A stretch of 61,616 nucleotides of DNA, the filler included, from Choristocarpus tenellus KU-1152 (taxonomy: Eukaryota > Protista > Phaeophyceae), in the NCBI GenBank assembly GCA_964200185.2. It is 11 parts of 11 records of this genome, joined end to end, with 100 filler letters (N's around TTAATTAATTAA, not from the genome) between each part and the next. Parts side by side here need not be neighbours in the genome. Positions count along the whole stretch, not along the records: positions 56,966 to 61,616 come from CAXNAD020013635.1; 10 more parts are not named here. One strand, 5' to 3'. Positions 61,561-61,616 of the stretch are shown here, one piece after another. The notes under the pieces were generated by a model. The model searched no databases and was not told the origin of the DNA. It saw only the letters and a program-made list of their open reading frames with translations. Both the position numbers and the translations under genes were made by a program. Numbering within the stretch: the first letter of the stretch is position 1; every line of letters begins with the position of its first letter.

Positions 61561-61616
61561 GGAGGTGTGTGTATATACATCCTGAGTTACATAACTTGGT
61601 TGGTGATAGTGATACC

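Overview
Eukaryotic nuclear DNA, rich in introns. It is not one locus: 11 unrelated contigs are joined by ten identical 100-nt artificial linkers (N44-TTAATTAATTAA-N44), so gene order across linkers means nothing. GT-AG intron structure, TTAGGG-type repeats, a bipartite plastid-targeting presequence and the retroelement type suggest a photosynthetic stramenopile, probably a brown alga (inference). Most track ORFs are spurious, so I rebuilt genes by splicing phase-consistent exons. These give: the 3' part of an aralar/AGC1-type mitochondrial carrier; an AGC Ser/Thr kinase with a ~230-aa activation-segment insertion and a 20-nt micro-exon; an ankyrin-repeat gene divergent from a PPP-family phosphatase; a COQ10 homologue head-to-head with a probable thylakoid-targeted protein; two MCM2 exons; tRNA-Ser(GCT); and an intron-containing tRNA-Tyr(GTA). 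The most notable item is the last two exons of an arginase-family enzyme with the PGTGWPEPGG tryptophan signature of Ni-dependent guanidine hydrolases (GdmH) rather than agmatinase. Repeats include two related MITE families (shared termini, 3-bp TSDs, PIF/Harbinger-like), a decayed pogo-type transposase, a decayed RLE-type non-LTR retroelement, a foldback element, and a repeat-rich contig whose ORF is broken by one in-frame TGA. I found no clearly new multi-gene system.
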